The notes under the pieces: model-generated
Database searches by the model: none
Told to the model about the DNA's origin: nothing
The model's input: the letters and a program-made list of their open reading frames with translations, nothing else
Shown: one piece after another, positions 32,528 through 41,986 of the stretch
How positions within the stretch are numbered: the first letter of the stretch is position 1
Layout: each line of letters starts with the position of its first letter
From: Nitrospirales bacterium
Lineage (GTDB): Bacteria > Nitrospirota > Nitrospiria > Nitrospirales > UBA8639
Assembly (NCBI GenBank): GCA_963555755.3
Contig: OY820905.2
Span: 4,032,001 to 4,096,000, forward strand
Direction: 5' to 3'
Length of the DNA stretch: 64,000 nucleotides
Made by a program: the position numbers and the translations under genes

Positions 32528-33832
32528 GTGAACCTTCGTGAACGATTCTCGGTGGTCGGTCAAGTCATGAATCAGGCGATCGCCCGTTTTATGGATCCGT
32601 TGTATGAGCGCATGGTCCTTGTGCTCACGGTTCTGTTTTGCTCAAGTTTGGCTCTCATGCTGCTTCAGGTGTCCCACTTGCAAGGGGATGTGATTGCCTC
32701 GATGGCGATAGCCGATGCCCGGGTGTACACCGAAGCCTTGGATGCCCTGCAGGGTTTGTATTCAAGCGATATTGTGCAACGGGTTCGGTTTCACGATTGG
32801 TACAACATCTATTCATGGACGGCCTTGCTTCTCGTGATTTGGGTAGGTGGCTTAGCCCTCGTTATTAGCAAATTCCGTCCAGTACCAGAAGAATTAGAGC
32901 ATCGGGTTCTGGAACGAACCGGAGACCTTCGAGATGCCAACCTTGAGCTGGAACGTCAAATAGGTGAACGCCGCCTGGTAGAAGAAGCGCTGCGCCAAGC
33001 CCACTTGGATCTCGAACAACGGGTGCACGACCGAACGGCCAAGCTCGCGGAAGCGAACACTGAACTTATGAGAGAAATTCGTGATCGGCAACGAGTTGAA
33101 GAGGATATGTGTAAGGTGAATGTGGATTTGTTGCAACGGACCACACAGTTGGAGTCATTCAATAAAGAGCTGGAGGCGTTCAGCTACTCGGTCTCGCATG
33201 ATTTGCGTGCTCCGTTGCGTGGCATTGACGGGTTTAGCCAAGCCGTTCTTGATGACTATGGTGACAAGCTGGATGACACGGGCAAGCAGTATTTGCAGCG
33301 CGTTCGCGAGGCGAGTCAACGCATGGCCAAACTCATTGATGCCATGTTGAACCTGGCGCGGTTGATCCGGGCGGAGTTGACTTTTGAGTCGGTTGATCTG
33401 TCAGCCATTGGTCAATCTGTCGTTTCGGACCTGAGCAAGGCTGATCCCGAACGTCAGGTGGAGATCGTGGTGGCCGATAATCTTCGGACCAATGCGGATC
33501 CGGATCTGACCAGAGTGGTGCTCGAGAATTTGCTGGGGAATGCGTGGAAATTTGCCAGTCACGAAGAATTCGCCAGAATTGAATTAGGGCTGACCTATCA
33601 TTATTCCCAGCCTGTCTTTTTTGTCCGAGACAATGGCGTGGGGTTTGATATGACCTATGCAGATAAACTGTTCGGGGCTTTTCAACGGTTGCATGCCATG
33701 AGTGAGTTTCAAGGAATCGGGATTGGTCTAGCGACCGTGCATCGTATTATTCTACGCCATGGGGGCCGCATTTGGGCAGATGCCTCCGTGGGCAAGGGGG
33801 CAACATTTTTCTTTACCTTGGGGAACTGTTGA
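32528..33832 (+). CDS. Membrane sensor histidine kinase (Cph1/BphP-type transmitter)
   Basis: FSYSVSHDLRAPLRG, NLLGNAWKF, GIGIGLA; two TM helices. Confidence 0.9.
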   Translation: MNLRERFSVVGQVMNQAIARFMDPLYERMVLVLTVLFCSSLALMLLQVSHLQGDVIASMAIADARVYTEALDALQGLYSSDIVQRVRFHDWYNIYSWTALLLVIWVGGLALVISKFRPVPEELEHRVLERTGDLRDANLELERQIGERRLVEEALRQAHLDLEQRVHDRTAKLAEANTELMREIRDRQRVEEDMCKVNVDLLQRTTQLESFNKELEAFSYSVSHDLRAPLRGIDGFSQAVLDDYGDKLDDTGKQYLQRVREASQRMAKLIDAMLNLARLIRAELTFESVDLSAIGQSVVSDLSKADPERQVEIVVADNLRTNADPDLTRVVLENLLGNAWKFASHEEFARIELGLTYHYSQPVFFVRDNGVGFDMTYADKLFGAFQRLHAMSEFQGIGIGLATVHRIILRHGGRIWADASVGKGATFFFTLGNC

Positions 33833-33942
33833 AAAAAGCCGCCAGCTGCGTTCTCATTGCTCGGAGGACTCAACGTACGCAGCGTACGCCTCGTCATCCT
33901 CGCTGCTTGCGGCCTTGCCGGACGACTTTTTTCAACAGCCCC
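33822..33942 (+). mobile_element. MITE family A
   Basis: CTGTTGAAAAAAG...CTTTTTTCAACAG IRs. Confidence 0.8.
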
Positions 33943-33975
33943 TTTAGCTACTCTGGAAAATGAGGGAGGCAGGTC

Positions 33976-34425
33976 ATGAGTGAAAGAGTCATTTTGTTAG
34001 TGGAAGATCATCCTGACGATGAAGAGCTGACCATGCGTGCTCTGAAAAAGAACAACATTCTCAACAAGGTGGTGATCGCGCGTGACGGGGTGCAAGCCCT
34101 GGAATATCTGTTTGGCACGGGTGCTCATGCCGGGCGTGATGTGAGTGAGATGCCTCAGCTCATTCTCTTGGATTTAAAGCTGCCAAAGATTGATGGATTA
34201 GAAGTGTTGCGACGATTACGGGCAGATGAGCGAACGCGGTTTTTGCCCATCGTCATTTTGACCTCGTCAAAAGAAGAACAAGATTTGCTCAAAAGTTATA
34301 AACTTGGAGCCAATAGTTATGTTCGCAAACCCGTGGATTTTGTCGAATTCACCCAAGCCGTTCAGCAGCTTGGGTTATACTGGCTCATTCTCAATGAATC
34401 GGCTCCCAAGGCCAAAGTCCGGTAG
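33976..34425 (+). CDS. Single-domain response regulator (Rcp1-like)
   Basis: [28 protein letters not shown]. Confidence 0.93.
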   Translation: MSERVILLVEDHPDDEELTMRALKKNNILNKVVIARDGVQALEYLFGTGAHAGRDVSEMPQLILLDLKLPKIDGLEVLRRLRADERTRFLPIVILTSSKEEQDLLKSYKLGANSYVRKPVDFVEFTQAVQQLGLYWLILNESAPKAKVR

Positions 34426-34435
34426 CGAGGTTAAA

Positions 34436-34733
34436 GTGGGGTTTTGCCCCCACGCGACGAGGCCCCTTCGGCAAGCTCAGGACAGCCCTGTTGTTTCGGC
34501 AAAAGTGCCCAAAACCATTTTCACCCGTGCGCGGCCCCTCCGATCCTGCTCAGAAGCAGATTCTCCGGGGTCCTTCCGCCTCCACCCCGAACCCTTCGAC
34601 TCCGCTCAGGATAGGTCAAGATGGCTCAGAAACTCGCGGAGTCTGTCCTGAGTGGAGTCGAAGGGCTCAAACAGCCCTCGCCGAAAAATCGATTCGGGGC
34701 TCCGGCTCCGCCGCACCCAACGCGAGAACCCAC
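34436..34733. repeat. Composite REP/MITE element
   Basis: GTGGG...CCCAC ends; internal inverted pair CCCTTCGACTCCGCTCAGG / CCTGAGTGGAGTCGAAGGG. Confidence 0.6.
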
Positions 34734-35298
34734 ACAGAAAACAACCCGTTCCTTTAAAAGAGGACGCTACTTTTTAAAAGGGCACTACGATTGACTGAAT
34801 TGGTTAACGAAAGGGAATGAGCCATCCATCCCCCTCTGGCCTTTCGACCCTCTCCAGTTGTCATGTCGAGTGAAAGGAGACATCTCTTTGTGGGGATTGG
34901 AACACCAGCCCAAGCGTGACGGGAAGGGGGAGATTTCTCTCAAGGGTCGAAATGACTAAAGTGGGGAGATGATGGTCAGTCCAAAATCTATTGGTCTGGT
35001 ACGGAGTTCGCGCCGAATTCCAACAACGCGTGGTTGTATGAGTGGAACCATGCCTTCCGTATGATCCTTGGGTTCCTCCCAAGGGAGTCGTTGGTGAGTC
35101 CTCGTTCTCACAGGCTTTTATCTTCCTGGATCTTGCCACCTCCCTTCCTCATCTGTTCCTTCGTCTGACAGACTGTCAAAATATCCCATATTTTTTGAGA
35201 CACGGCTTTATAAAGGCTTTCCCTTAATTTTTTTCTGGTATTGAAAAATCATATGAATTTCAATGTGTTGTGTTAGGCAAGCAAGAAAGGCTCTGCTT

Positions 35299-35314
35299 TG
35301 GCATACCCTTTGCT
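35299..35314 (+). promoter_or_regulatory. Sigma-54 promoter
   Basis: TGGCATACCCTTTGCT (GG-N10-GC). Confidence 0.65.
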
Positions 35315-35409
35315 CTTTTGTTTAGAACAGCAAGAAGAAGTGCAAATGTAAGCGAGGATTTTTGAGGTGCCTCTGGGAAGGTGCCGCCGAGGAGGACAAG
35401 GAGGGTACC

Positions 35410-35757
35410 ATGGCACGGTTGGCCATTTCTCATATGACCATAAGCCGCAATCTAGACGAATCTTGGCTGACGTCTTCTGTATGGGACGACGAGTCTGTTG
35501 CGGATCTCAAACGGGACCGTCTTTTAAAATGTCATACCGGAGGATTGGCAAAATGTTCTCAGTGTGGCACCGATGTGAAGATTCATGTTTCGCCAAAACG
35601 GAATCCACACTCTGGAAAGCTCGGACGCATCGTGACATTAAAGGACCATGATCTCTGCCGGCGATGTTGGCGGCAAATCATTCGAAACTGTCGCGAAGCG
35701 ATGCTCACGTACGAATGGCATGTCCCGGCACTTGCTGAACCACGAGAAGTTGCTTAG
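35410..35757 (+). CDS. Small CxxC...CxxC putative zinc-binding protein
   Basis: CSQC and CRRC; GGAGGG SD. Confidence 0.6.
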   Translation: MARLAISHMTISRNLDESWLTSSVWDDESVADLKRDRLLKCHTGGLAKCSQCGTDVKIHVSPKRNPHSGKLGRIVTLKDHDLCRRCWRQIIRNCREAMLTYEWHVPALAEPREVA

Positions 35758-35812
35758 CGACGGATATAGAGTAAAAACTCATACCCCATCACCCTTCCCG
35801 ATTCCCCGTATC

Positions 35813-37318
35813 TTATAGCTGCGCGCACACTGATTTCACTTCAGTGTAGAGATCCAAGGCCTCGTGTCCCATTTCTCGTCCCCAGCCTGATTGTTTGAAT
35901 CCGCCGAAGGGGAGTGCGGCATCGAAAATATTGTGACAGTTGATCCACACGGTTCCCGCGCGAAGTTGAGCCGCAAGACGATGGGCCTTACCGATATCCT
36001 TGGTCCAGATGGACGCCGCTAAGCCGTAGATACTGCCATTCGCTTTCGCCACGACTTCTTCCAGATCAGTAAAGGGTTCCGCACAGACCACTGGACCAAA
36101 AATTTCTTCCTGGATCACTTTCATGCTTTGATTCGTGTTCACCAGAACGGTGGGCTCAATAAAATACCCTCTCTCGCCCACCCGTCCACCGCCCGCAATG
36201 GCTTTGGCCCCTTCGTTCATGCCTGCCTCTAAATACCCTAAGACTCGTTGTTGTTGTTCCTCTGATACTAAGGGACCCATGTCCGTCTGCGTATCCATGC
36301 CAGGTCCGATTTTGATCTGTTTGGCTTGGTCCGCCACCCCGGCAACTACTTTGTCAAATATGCTTTTTTCAGCGTAGATCCGCGACCCTGCACAACAACA
36401 CTGTCCGTGGTTAAAGAAGATGGCGTTGGCCACCCCGGGGATGCTGCTCTCCAAGTCGGCATCGGCCAATACCAGAGTCGGCGATTTGCCGCCCAATTCC
36501 AGGGTAACTTTTTTCAGATTGCCGGATGCCGCGTGAAGAATTAATTTTCCGACTTCCGTTGAGCCGGTGAAAGCCACTTTGTCCACATCGGGGTGGGCGG
36601 CTAATGCGGCACCGGCTGTTTCGCCAAATCCTGTCACAATGTTTACCACTCCCGGAGGAAATCCTGCCTCACAGAAAAGTTGGCCCAGCAGTAGGGCCGA
36701 CAGTGGGGTTTGCTCGGCGGGTTTCAAGATAATCGTACAGCCAACTGCGAGGGCGGGGCCTAATTTCCAAGCAGCCATGAGCAGGGGGAAATTCCAAGGG
36801 ATAATTTGTCCGACTATCCCGACAGGTTCACGTAATGTGTAGGCATGAAATTGAGCGCCGGGGGCATAGGGAACCGAAATGGGAATGGTGTTGCCTTCAA
36901 TCTTCGTTGCCCATCCGGCCATGTAACGGAACAGATCAATGGCCAGTGGCACATCAGCCACCCGGGCGATGGCAACGGGTTTCCCGTTATCAAGTGATTC
37001 CAGTTGTGCAAAGTCTTCCAACCTCGATTCCATGAGATCGGCTAATTTCCACAGCAGTTTCCCGCGTTCTGACGCCGTCAGCTTTCGCCAAGCTCCTTGG
37101 TCAAAGGCTCGACGTGCCGCTCGCACGGCCAGGTCGATATCGCCCTGTTGTCCCTCAGGGATTTGACACATGGTCTCACCTGTCGCGGGGTTCAGGGTCG
37201 AAAAGGTTTGGCCGGAGAGAGCTGTGACCCAGTTTCCGTCGATGAGCATGGTGTGATCGGTGGCGAGAAATTGTTGGACAGAGGGAGAGAGCGGGGTGTC
37301 AGTGGCAGCAACACTCAT
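35813..37318 (-). CDS. NAD-dependent aldehyde dehydrogenase
   Basis: IIPWNFP, FTGSTEVG, LELGGKSP, GQCCCAG, EEIFGPV. Confidence 0.96.
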   Translation of the reverse strand: MSVAATDTPLSPSVQQFLATDHTMLIDGNWVTALSGQTFSTLNPATGETMCQIPEGQQGDIDLAVRAARRAFDQGAWRKLTASERGKLLWKLADLMESRLEDFAQLESLDNGKPVAIARVADVPLAIDLFRYMAGWATKIEGNTIPISVPYAPGAQFHAYTLREPVGIVGQIIPWNFPLLMAAWKLGPALAVGCTIILKPAEQTPLSALLLGQLFCEAGFPPGVVNIVTGFGETAGAALAAHPDVDKVAFTGSTEVGKLILHAASGNLKKVTLELGGKSPTLVLADADLESSIPGVANAIFFNHGQCCCAGSRIYAEKSIFDKVVAGVADQAKQIKIGPGMDTQTDMGPLVSEEQQQRVLGYLEAGMNEGAKAIAGGGRVGERGYFIEPTVLVNTNQSMKVIQEEIFGPVVCAEPFTDLEEVVAKANGSIYGLAASIWTKDIGKAHRLAAQLRAGTVWINCHNIFDAALPFGGFKQSGWGREMGHEALDLYTEVKSVCAQL

Positions 37319-37501
37319 GGCAGTCCTCCAAGTTCAGATATGTGTAATCGAGTGAATGGGTTATGAAAACAAACAGGCGATGGACTTCATAATAAATTAT
37401 GACGCGATATCTCTGGTGACTGCAACTCGAAAGGGGTTGGGAATACATGGACGAAACTAAATTTGGTGAAAATCGTGGTGGGTTGAACCAAGAAATACCA
37501 T

Positions 37502-37703
37502 TTGGATCACAAAAGTCCGCGCCAGCTCTTGGCGAAATACAAAACTGTCTCCTCACCACCAGGGATGACTTTCGATCCTTCCACCCTTGTCATTTCTACC
37601 AAGGGTCGAAATGACAGACCCGAGGTGGCCACGACTTTTTGTATTTCACCATGCACACCAATATCTTCCACGTCTTTTTTGTGCCCAACTGCCGATTCTA
37701 GGC
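37502..37703. mobile_element. MITE backbone copy (as 13464-13894) with a different insert
   Basis: TGGATCACAAAAGTCCGCGC start and shared right half; a CGAAATGAC-type hairpin sits at the CACCAC slot. Confidence 0.75.
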
Positions 37704-37760
37704 TGGAAAACCCTGAAATTGTGAATGCTTTTTTGGAACGATGAAAAAAGCGTTTTCAAG

Positions 37761-37832
37761 GGACAGGACAGGGACAGGGGTCAAATCTTGGACAGAGACA
37801 GGGACAGGGGTCAAGGACAGGGGTCAAATCTT
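37761..37832 (+). repeat. GGACAGGGGTCAA short-repeat (REP-like) cluster
   Basis: Three GGACAGGGGTCAA units plus partial copies. Confidence 0.7.
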
Positions 37833-37903
37833 TGGTTGACTAATTAAATAAGGTTCCCGCCTCGTCTACTGAGGGAATTCCGCCCCCACATAAAATAATC
37901 AAT

Positions 37904-39331
37904 TTATCTTTTGTTCTTTTCCATTTTACTGACCCACCAGATCGCCAGGCAGGAAAATAAAAACGCGGGAACCAGTTCATAGATCACGGCGTCGGACAGC
38001 CCGGAAACTTTCCAGACGATTGTGGTCAGAAACCCTGTGAGCATGCCGGCGACCGCACCCTGAATGGTGACGTTTTTGGAGTAAAGGGTGAACAAAATCA
38101 CCGGACCAAAACTCGCCCCCAGTCCCGACCAGGCAAACAGCACGAACCAGAAAATCACCCGCGTCTCCATAAGCGCAATCGTCATTGCCCCCAGTCCCAG
38201 TACCAAAATAGTGATTCGGCTAACACGCAGAATTTTCTCGTGCGACAGGGTGTGCTTGAGGATTTTCGTGTAAACATCGTGCGCCACCGTCGACGTGGCG
38301 ACGATGATTTGGGCTGAAACCGTGGACATGATGGCCGCCAGCACGCCCGTCAGGACCACCGCCGTCACCACCGTCGGCAGTAACGCCTCCGCCGCTTTGG
38401 GAAACAACTGCTCAGGGTCTTCCAGTCCGGGGAACAAGGCGTTGCCCGCCACCCCCAGGACAATAGCGGAACTATATATTACCAAACCCCAGGAGATCGC
38501 GATCCACACTCCCCGCTCGATGGCCTTTGTGTCCTTTGCGGCCATGTAACGGTTGATGACGTGCGGCTGGCCCGGATACCCCAAGCCGATTCCCAGCAGG
38601 CCCACCATCGACCCCAAAAAAGCGGCAGAGGTTTTTCCGCCCATCCAGGCTAATGTTTCCGGTGACACCTGATGGACCTGCTGAACCATGCCGCCAAATC
38701 CGCCCAGATTCCACACGGCAACGAAAGCGAGAACCGCGATGCCCAGGACCATTATCAGGCCTTGAATAAAATCCGTCCACACCACCGCGCGGAACCCTCC
38801 CATCATCGTGTAAAGAATCACGATGGCCCCGCCGATGGAAATGCTCAGCCAATGCGGGATGCCGAAAATAGCGTCAAAGGTTTTGCCGATGGCGGTGAAT
38901 TGGGCGGCGACATAGGCCATCATGCAGGCGAATATGATGACGACGGAAATGATTCGCAGGATGCTTGATTTATCATTGAAATGGGATTCAAGGTAATCGG
39001 GAACCGTGAGAGCGTGTTCCTCATGGGAATGCTTGCGCAATCTTTCAGCAATAAAAAACCAGTTGATCGCGTATCCCAGCAGGCAACCGGGCAAAAACCA
39101 CATGGCTGACAGCCCGTCTTTATAGGCGAGACCCGCGGTCCCCAATACCGCCCAGGCGCTCTCGGAACTGGCGGTCGAGGAAATGGCCGTGACCCAGGCT
39201 TTCAGCGATCGGTCAGCCAGGAAAAAATCGGCGGGGGAACTTGTACTCCGGGAGGTCACGTAACCGATCCCCAGCATCAGCAGGACATATAAAAAGAAAA
39301 CCGTTCCGATGACCACAGTGAGTTCCGTCAT
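37904..39331 (-). CDS. putP: Sodium/proline symporter (SSS family)
   Basis: FFLADRSL, GGFRAVVWTDFIQG, GYPGQPH, AWSGLGASFGP. Confidence 0.85.
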   Translation of the reverse strand: MTELTVVIGTVFFLYVLLMLGIGYVTSRSTSSPADFFLADRSLKAWVTAISSTASSESAWAVLGTAGLAYKDGLSAMWFLPGCLLGYAINWFFIAERLRKHSHEEHALTVPDYLESHFNDKSSILRIISVVIIFACMMAYVAAQFTAIGKTFDAIFGIPHWLSISIGGAIVILYTMMGGFRAVVWTDFIQGLIMVLGIAVLAFVAVWNLGGFGGMVQQVHQVSPETLAWMGGKTSAAFLGSMVGLLGIGLGYPGQPHVINRYMAAKDTKAIERGVWIAISWGLVIYSSAIVLGVAGNALFPGLEDPEQLFPKAAEALLPTVVTAVVLTGVLAAIMSTVSAQIIVATSTVAHDVYTKILKHTLSHEKILRVSRITILVLGLGAMTIALMETRVIFWFVLFAWSGLGASFGPVILFTLYSKNVTIQGAVAGMLTGFLTTIVWKVSGLSDAVIYELVPAFLFSCLAIWWVSKMEKNKR

Positions 39332-39532
39332 GACCCGGCATTATAACGGAAAACCCTTCTATCGATAAAAGTTTTTCCGGTAACAGTGCCTTTCACCACC
39401 CGCTGGCTTATTTCCAGTTTTTTGCTCATATAGCCTCCTCATTCCATTTTGGATCAGAGGAAACAGAATCCCTGTATTACAGGCCCTTTGTTAGGGAAAC
39501 CATCGCTAACCTGTTACAGATTGAAGGACATT

Positions 39533-40048
39533 ATGAATAAAAAAGAACTGGTAGAAAAATTATTGGCGGCAAAAAAAGCATCAGGAAAAACTTATGACCA
39601 AATTGCGAAAGCTCTTGGCCTTTGCAATGTTTATGTGGCTTAGTTGTTTCACGCACAGGCGCAACGGCACAAGGATACGGAGAAAAACCTCGTTAAACTG
39701 GGGCCCGGCATCGATAAAAAAGCGCTAACGGAGATGCGGAAATGTCCGATGCGTTCCTATGATCCCGATATCATCCAGGAACCCACCATCTACCGGCTGA
39801 CTGAAGTCTGCATGCACTATGGTGAATCGCTCAAAGAAATTAACAACGAAAAATTCGGTGACGGCATCATGTCCGCCATCGATTTCAAGTTAACTGTGGA
39901 CAAGGTCAAGGGAAGCCAAAAAGAAGACCGTGTGGTCATTACCATGAATGGAAAATTTCTGCCTCATATTGAAAAAACTCTAGTAATCCATGCAGTCATA
40001 CGATTTTTAATCCATAGAAGAGAAGTGGCAGAAAATCTGGGTGAATAG
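39533..40048 (+). pseudogene. cynS: Cyanase with an in-frame TAG at 39641-39643
   Basis: [28 protein letters not shown]-terminal HTH in the same frame upstream of the TAG. Confidence 0.85.
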
Positions 40049-40326
40049 GAATTTAGGGTCTTCTCCCAAGTGAGTGGGTAAATTTGGGCGAGTCATTTTC
40101 TGAAAGGCTCGCTGGAGAAGAGGTTGGTGGATTTTTCTACCGTGGGAAAAGTGGCCAGGCGTTCTTGAGGCGTCACGCTGCTCATCCCTCCCCTTTGTAA
40201 GGGGAGGCTAGGTGCTGGCGCGCCGAAGCGTTTTGGCGAAGGCGTGGGGTAGAGCCCGTGGCAAGGAGCGAGCCACAGGCATGCTGAAAGCCCGGACCGA
40301 ATTCGACTCCAGGCTGCTGAGGTGGT

Positions 40327-40530
40327 TGGGATGTGCAGACACAGATGATAATGATTCCCCAGCAGGCAATAGGCCAAGACCTCGACGCCCCATAGCGTAT
40401 GGGTGTCACTCAACACCTGGAGAAAGGTTTCATAATCGGAGGGATCTCGAAAGACAGACTGACGTGCCAGGCCACGGTTCATGGCATGATAGACCGCGCC
40501 CGGATATTCAATGCGGAGAGGTCGGGCCGT
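40327..40530 (-). pseudogene. Truncated REP-associated tyrosine (Y1/HUH) transposase
   Basis: ARPLRIEYPGAVYHAMNRG...YCLLGNHYHL; first codon is ACG; truncated after the HUH motif. Confidence 0.85.
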
Positions 40531-40532
40531 AA

Positions 40533-40974
40533 GGGTCTGTCACGAAATAACCCGTACAATTGGGAGGCCCATCTTTGGCCCGGGGCGGCGTTGCTCCTCG
40601 GTCACAGAGCCCCGCTCTGCTCCCTCGTCGCGCCTTGCCCCGATCACAAATCTGGGCCTCCCAATTGTCCCGGTTATTTCGTGACGGACCCTTAGCGCAT
40701 CTGGCACAATACAAAAATGTCTTATCACCACGGAGGGTTCGCGCAAGAATACCTTCCCCGGTTTGGGTGCTGAGACACCTGTCTGGCAAGGCGCGAGGAC
40801 TGCGCATACTCCTCGTATGGAAAGGACGAGCAACGCCGCCAGGCGGGATGGATCGACGCCCAAACCGGGGAAGGTATTTTTGCGCGAACCCTAAGGTGAC
40901 CACGACTTTTTGTATTTCACCATGCACCCCAATATCTTACACGGCTTTTTTGCGCCCAACTGCCGTTTCTAGGT
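40533..40974. mobile_element. Nested MITE: family B (40533-40691) and family C (40735-40891) in the backbone right half
   Basis: Matches 13509-13894 and the family C copies; abuts the TAA of the next gene. Confidence 0.85.
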
Positions 40975-41742
40975 TTATTGCGGGCGAGTCCGCTCCCAGT
41001 ATTCCCTCAGGGCTTCTGCGGCTGCCCCGTCTTGGTAGACAACCCGAAGAATCAGGTTTCCGAATGGACGACGCACAATTTTAAGAATGACTGATCCGTC
41101 GGCAAACCCTATGATCAATTCGTTGTCCGTGCCTTCCTGAAATCTGGTGTCTTCTGATTCGGTTGGCACGTGGCTGACGGGGTATTGTGACACCAGGGTT
41201 TCATACAGTTCTCCAAACAATTCTCTGGTGTGGTTGCCCATGTCGATATCGATTTTGGTGAGTTCTGCCGTTGGGGAGGGGGGAGATTTCGTGGTGCTGT
41301 TTGACTCATTCGCACCATAGGTCAGGGCGAAATAACGATTTTTCCCTAAGAGGTCATAGAGGCACTCTGTGTTGCTCGAACAGCCTTGAAGCGCTTCCAC
41401 TTCGCGGGGGGTCATGCCCAATTTCAATTTTCCAAATCCCTCAATGGTGTTGGCTTGGGTTAAAGCTGTCCCTCCCAACGCGACCATGAAGGGTATCAGG
41501 ACAAGTGAACACACCACTCTGGTCACGCGCTGTACGGGCCTGTTGAATATTTCACTCCAATGGCCAATAAAAGCTCCAGATGAGTCTCGTATCGTCAATG
41601 GGGGGGGATGTTCAAAAAAGTCCGTCCAGCAAGGCCGCAGCCCTTTTGACGCGCGGAGCGTACTCATAGTACGTGAGCACGGCAAAATGGCGAGAACGCC
41701 GCTGGCGGCTTTTTTCAACATTCCCTGTACGGATGCAAACAT
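40975..41742 (-). CDS. Exported hypothetical protein with an in-frame MITE insertion
   Basis: AAGGA SD, ATG at 41742; signal peptide restored when 41536-41725 is removed. Confidence 0.7.
   Translation of the reverse strand: MFASVQGMLKKAASGVLAILPCSRTMSTLRASKGLRPCWTDFFEHPPPLTIRDSSGAFIGHWSEIFNRPVQRVTRVVCSLVLIPFMVALGGTALTQANTIEGFGKLKLGMTPREVEALQGCSSNTECLYDLLGKNRYFALTYGANESNSTTKSPPSPTAELTKIDIDMGNHTRELFGELYETLVSQYPVSHVPTESEDTRFQEGTDNELIIGFADGSVILKIVRRPFGNLILRVVYQDGAAAEALREYWERTRPQ
41536..41725 (-). mobile_element. MITE family A, long form (190 bp)
   Basis: GGGCCTGTTGAA / GGGAATGTTGAA IRs; TGTAC duplication. Confidence 0.85.
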
Positions 41743-41986
41743 GTGGTGTTCCTTTCGAAGGTACTCCAGGGAACAATTGGTCTTGAAAGAGTGGCAAAAC
41801 CATGTGTTTTCTTGATGCACCCTAACAAATCGGGATAGAGGGCTCCAACCCCCGTGTGGGGAAGTTTGTAGACGGGCTTCTCCATTTCTCCTCACATGTG
41901 CAGTGACGAAAAAGTATCAAGAATTGCCAAGAAACACCGATAAAGTCTAATAAGTCCTCAGAACGGGGCAGAACCCGCAGGAATGA

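Noticed and set aside
37761..37832. CRISPR array
   Set aside because: Units are short and irregular, with no unique spacers and no cas genes
39641..39643. Pyrrolysine or stop-codon recoding in cynS
   Set aside because: No pyl genes seen; TAG terminates other genes here (e.g. 15273, 34425)
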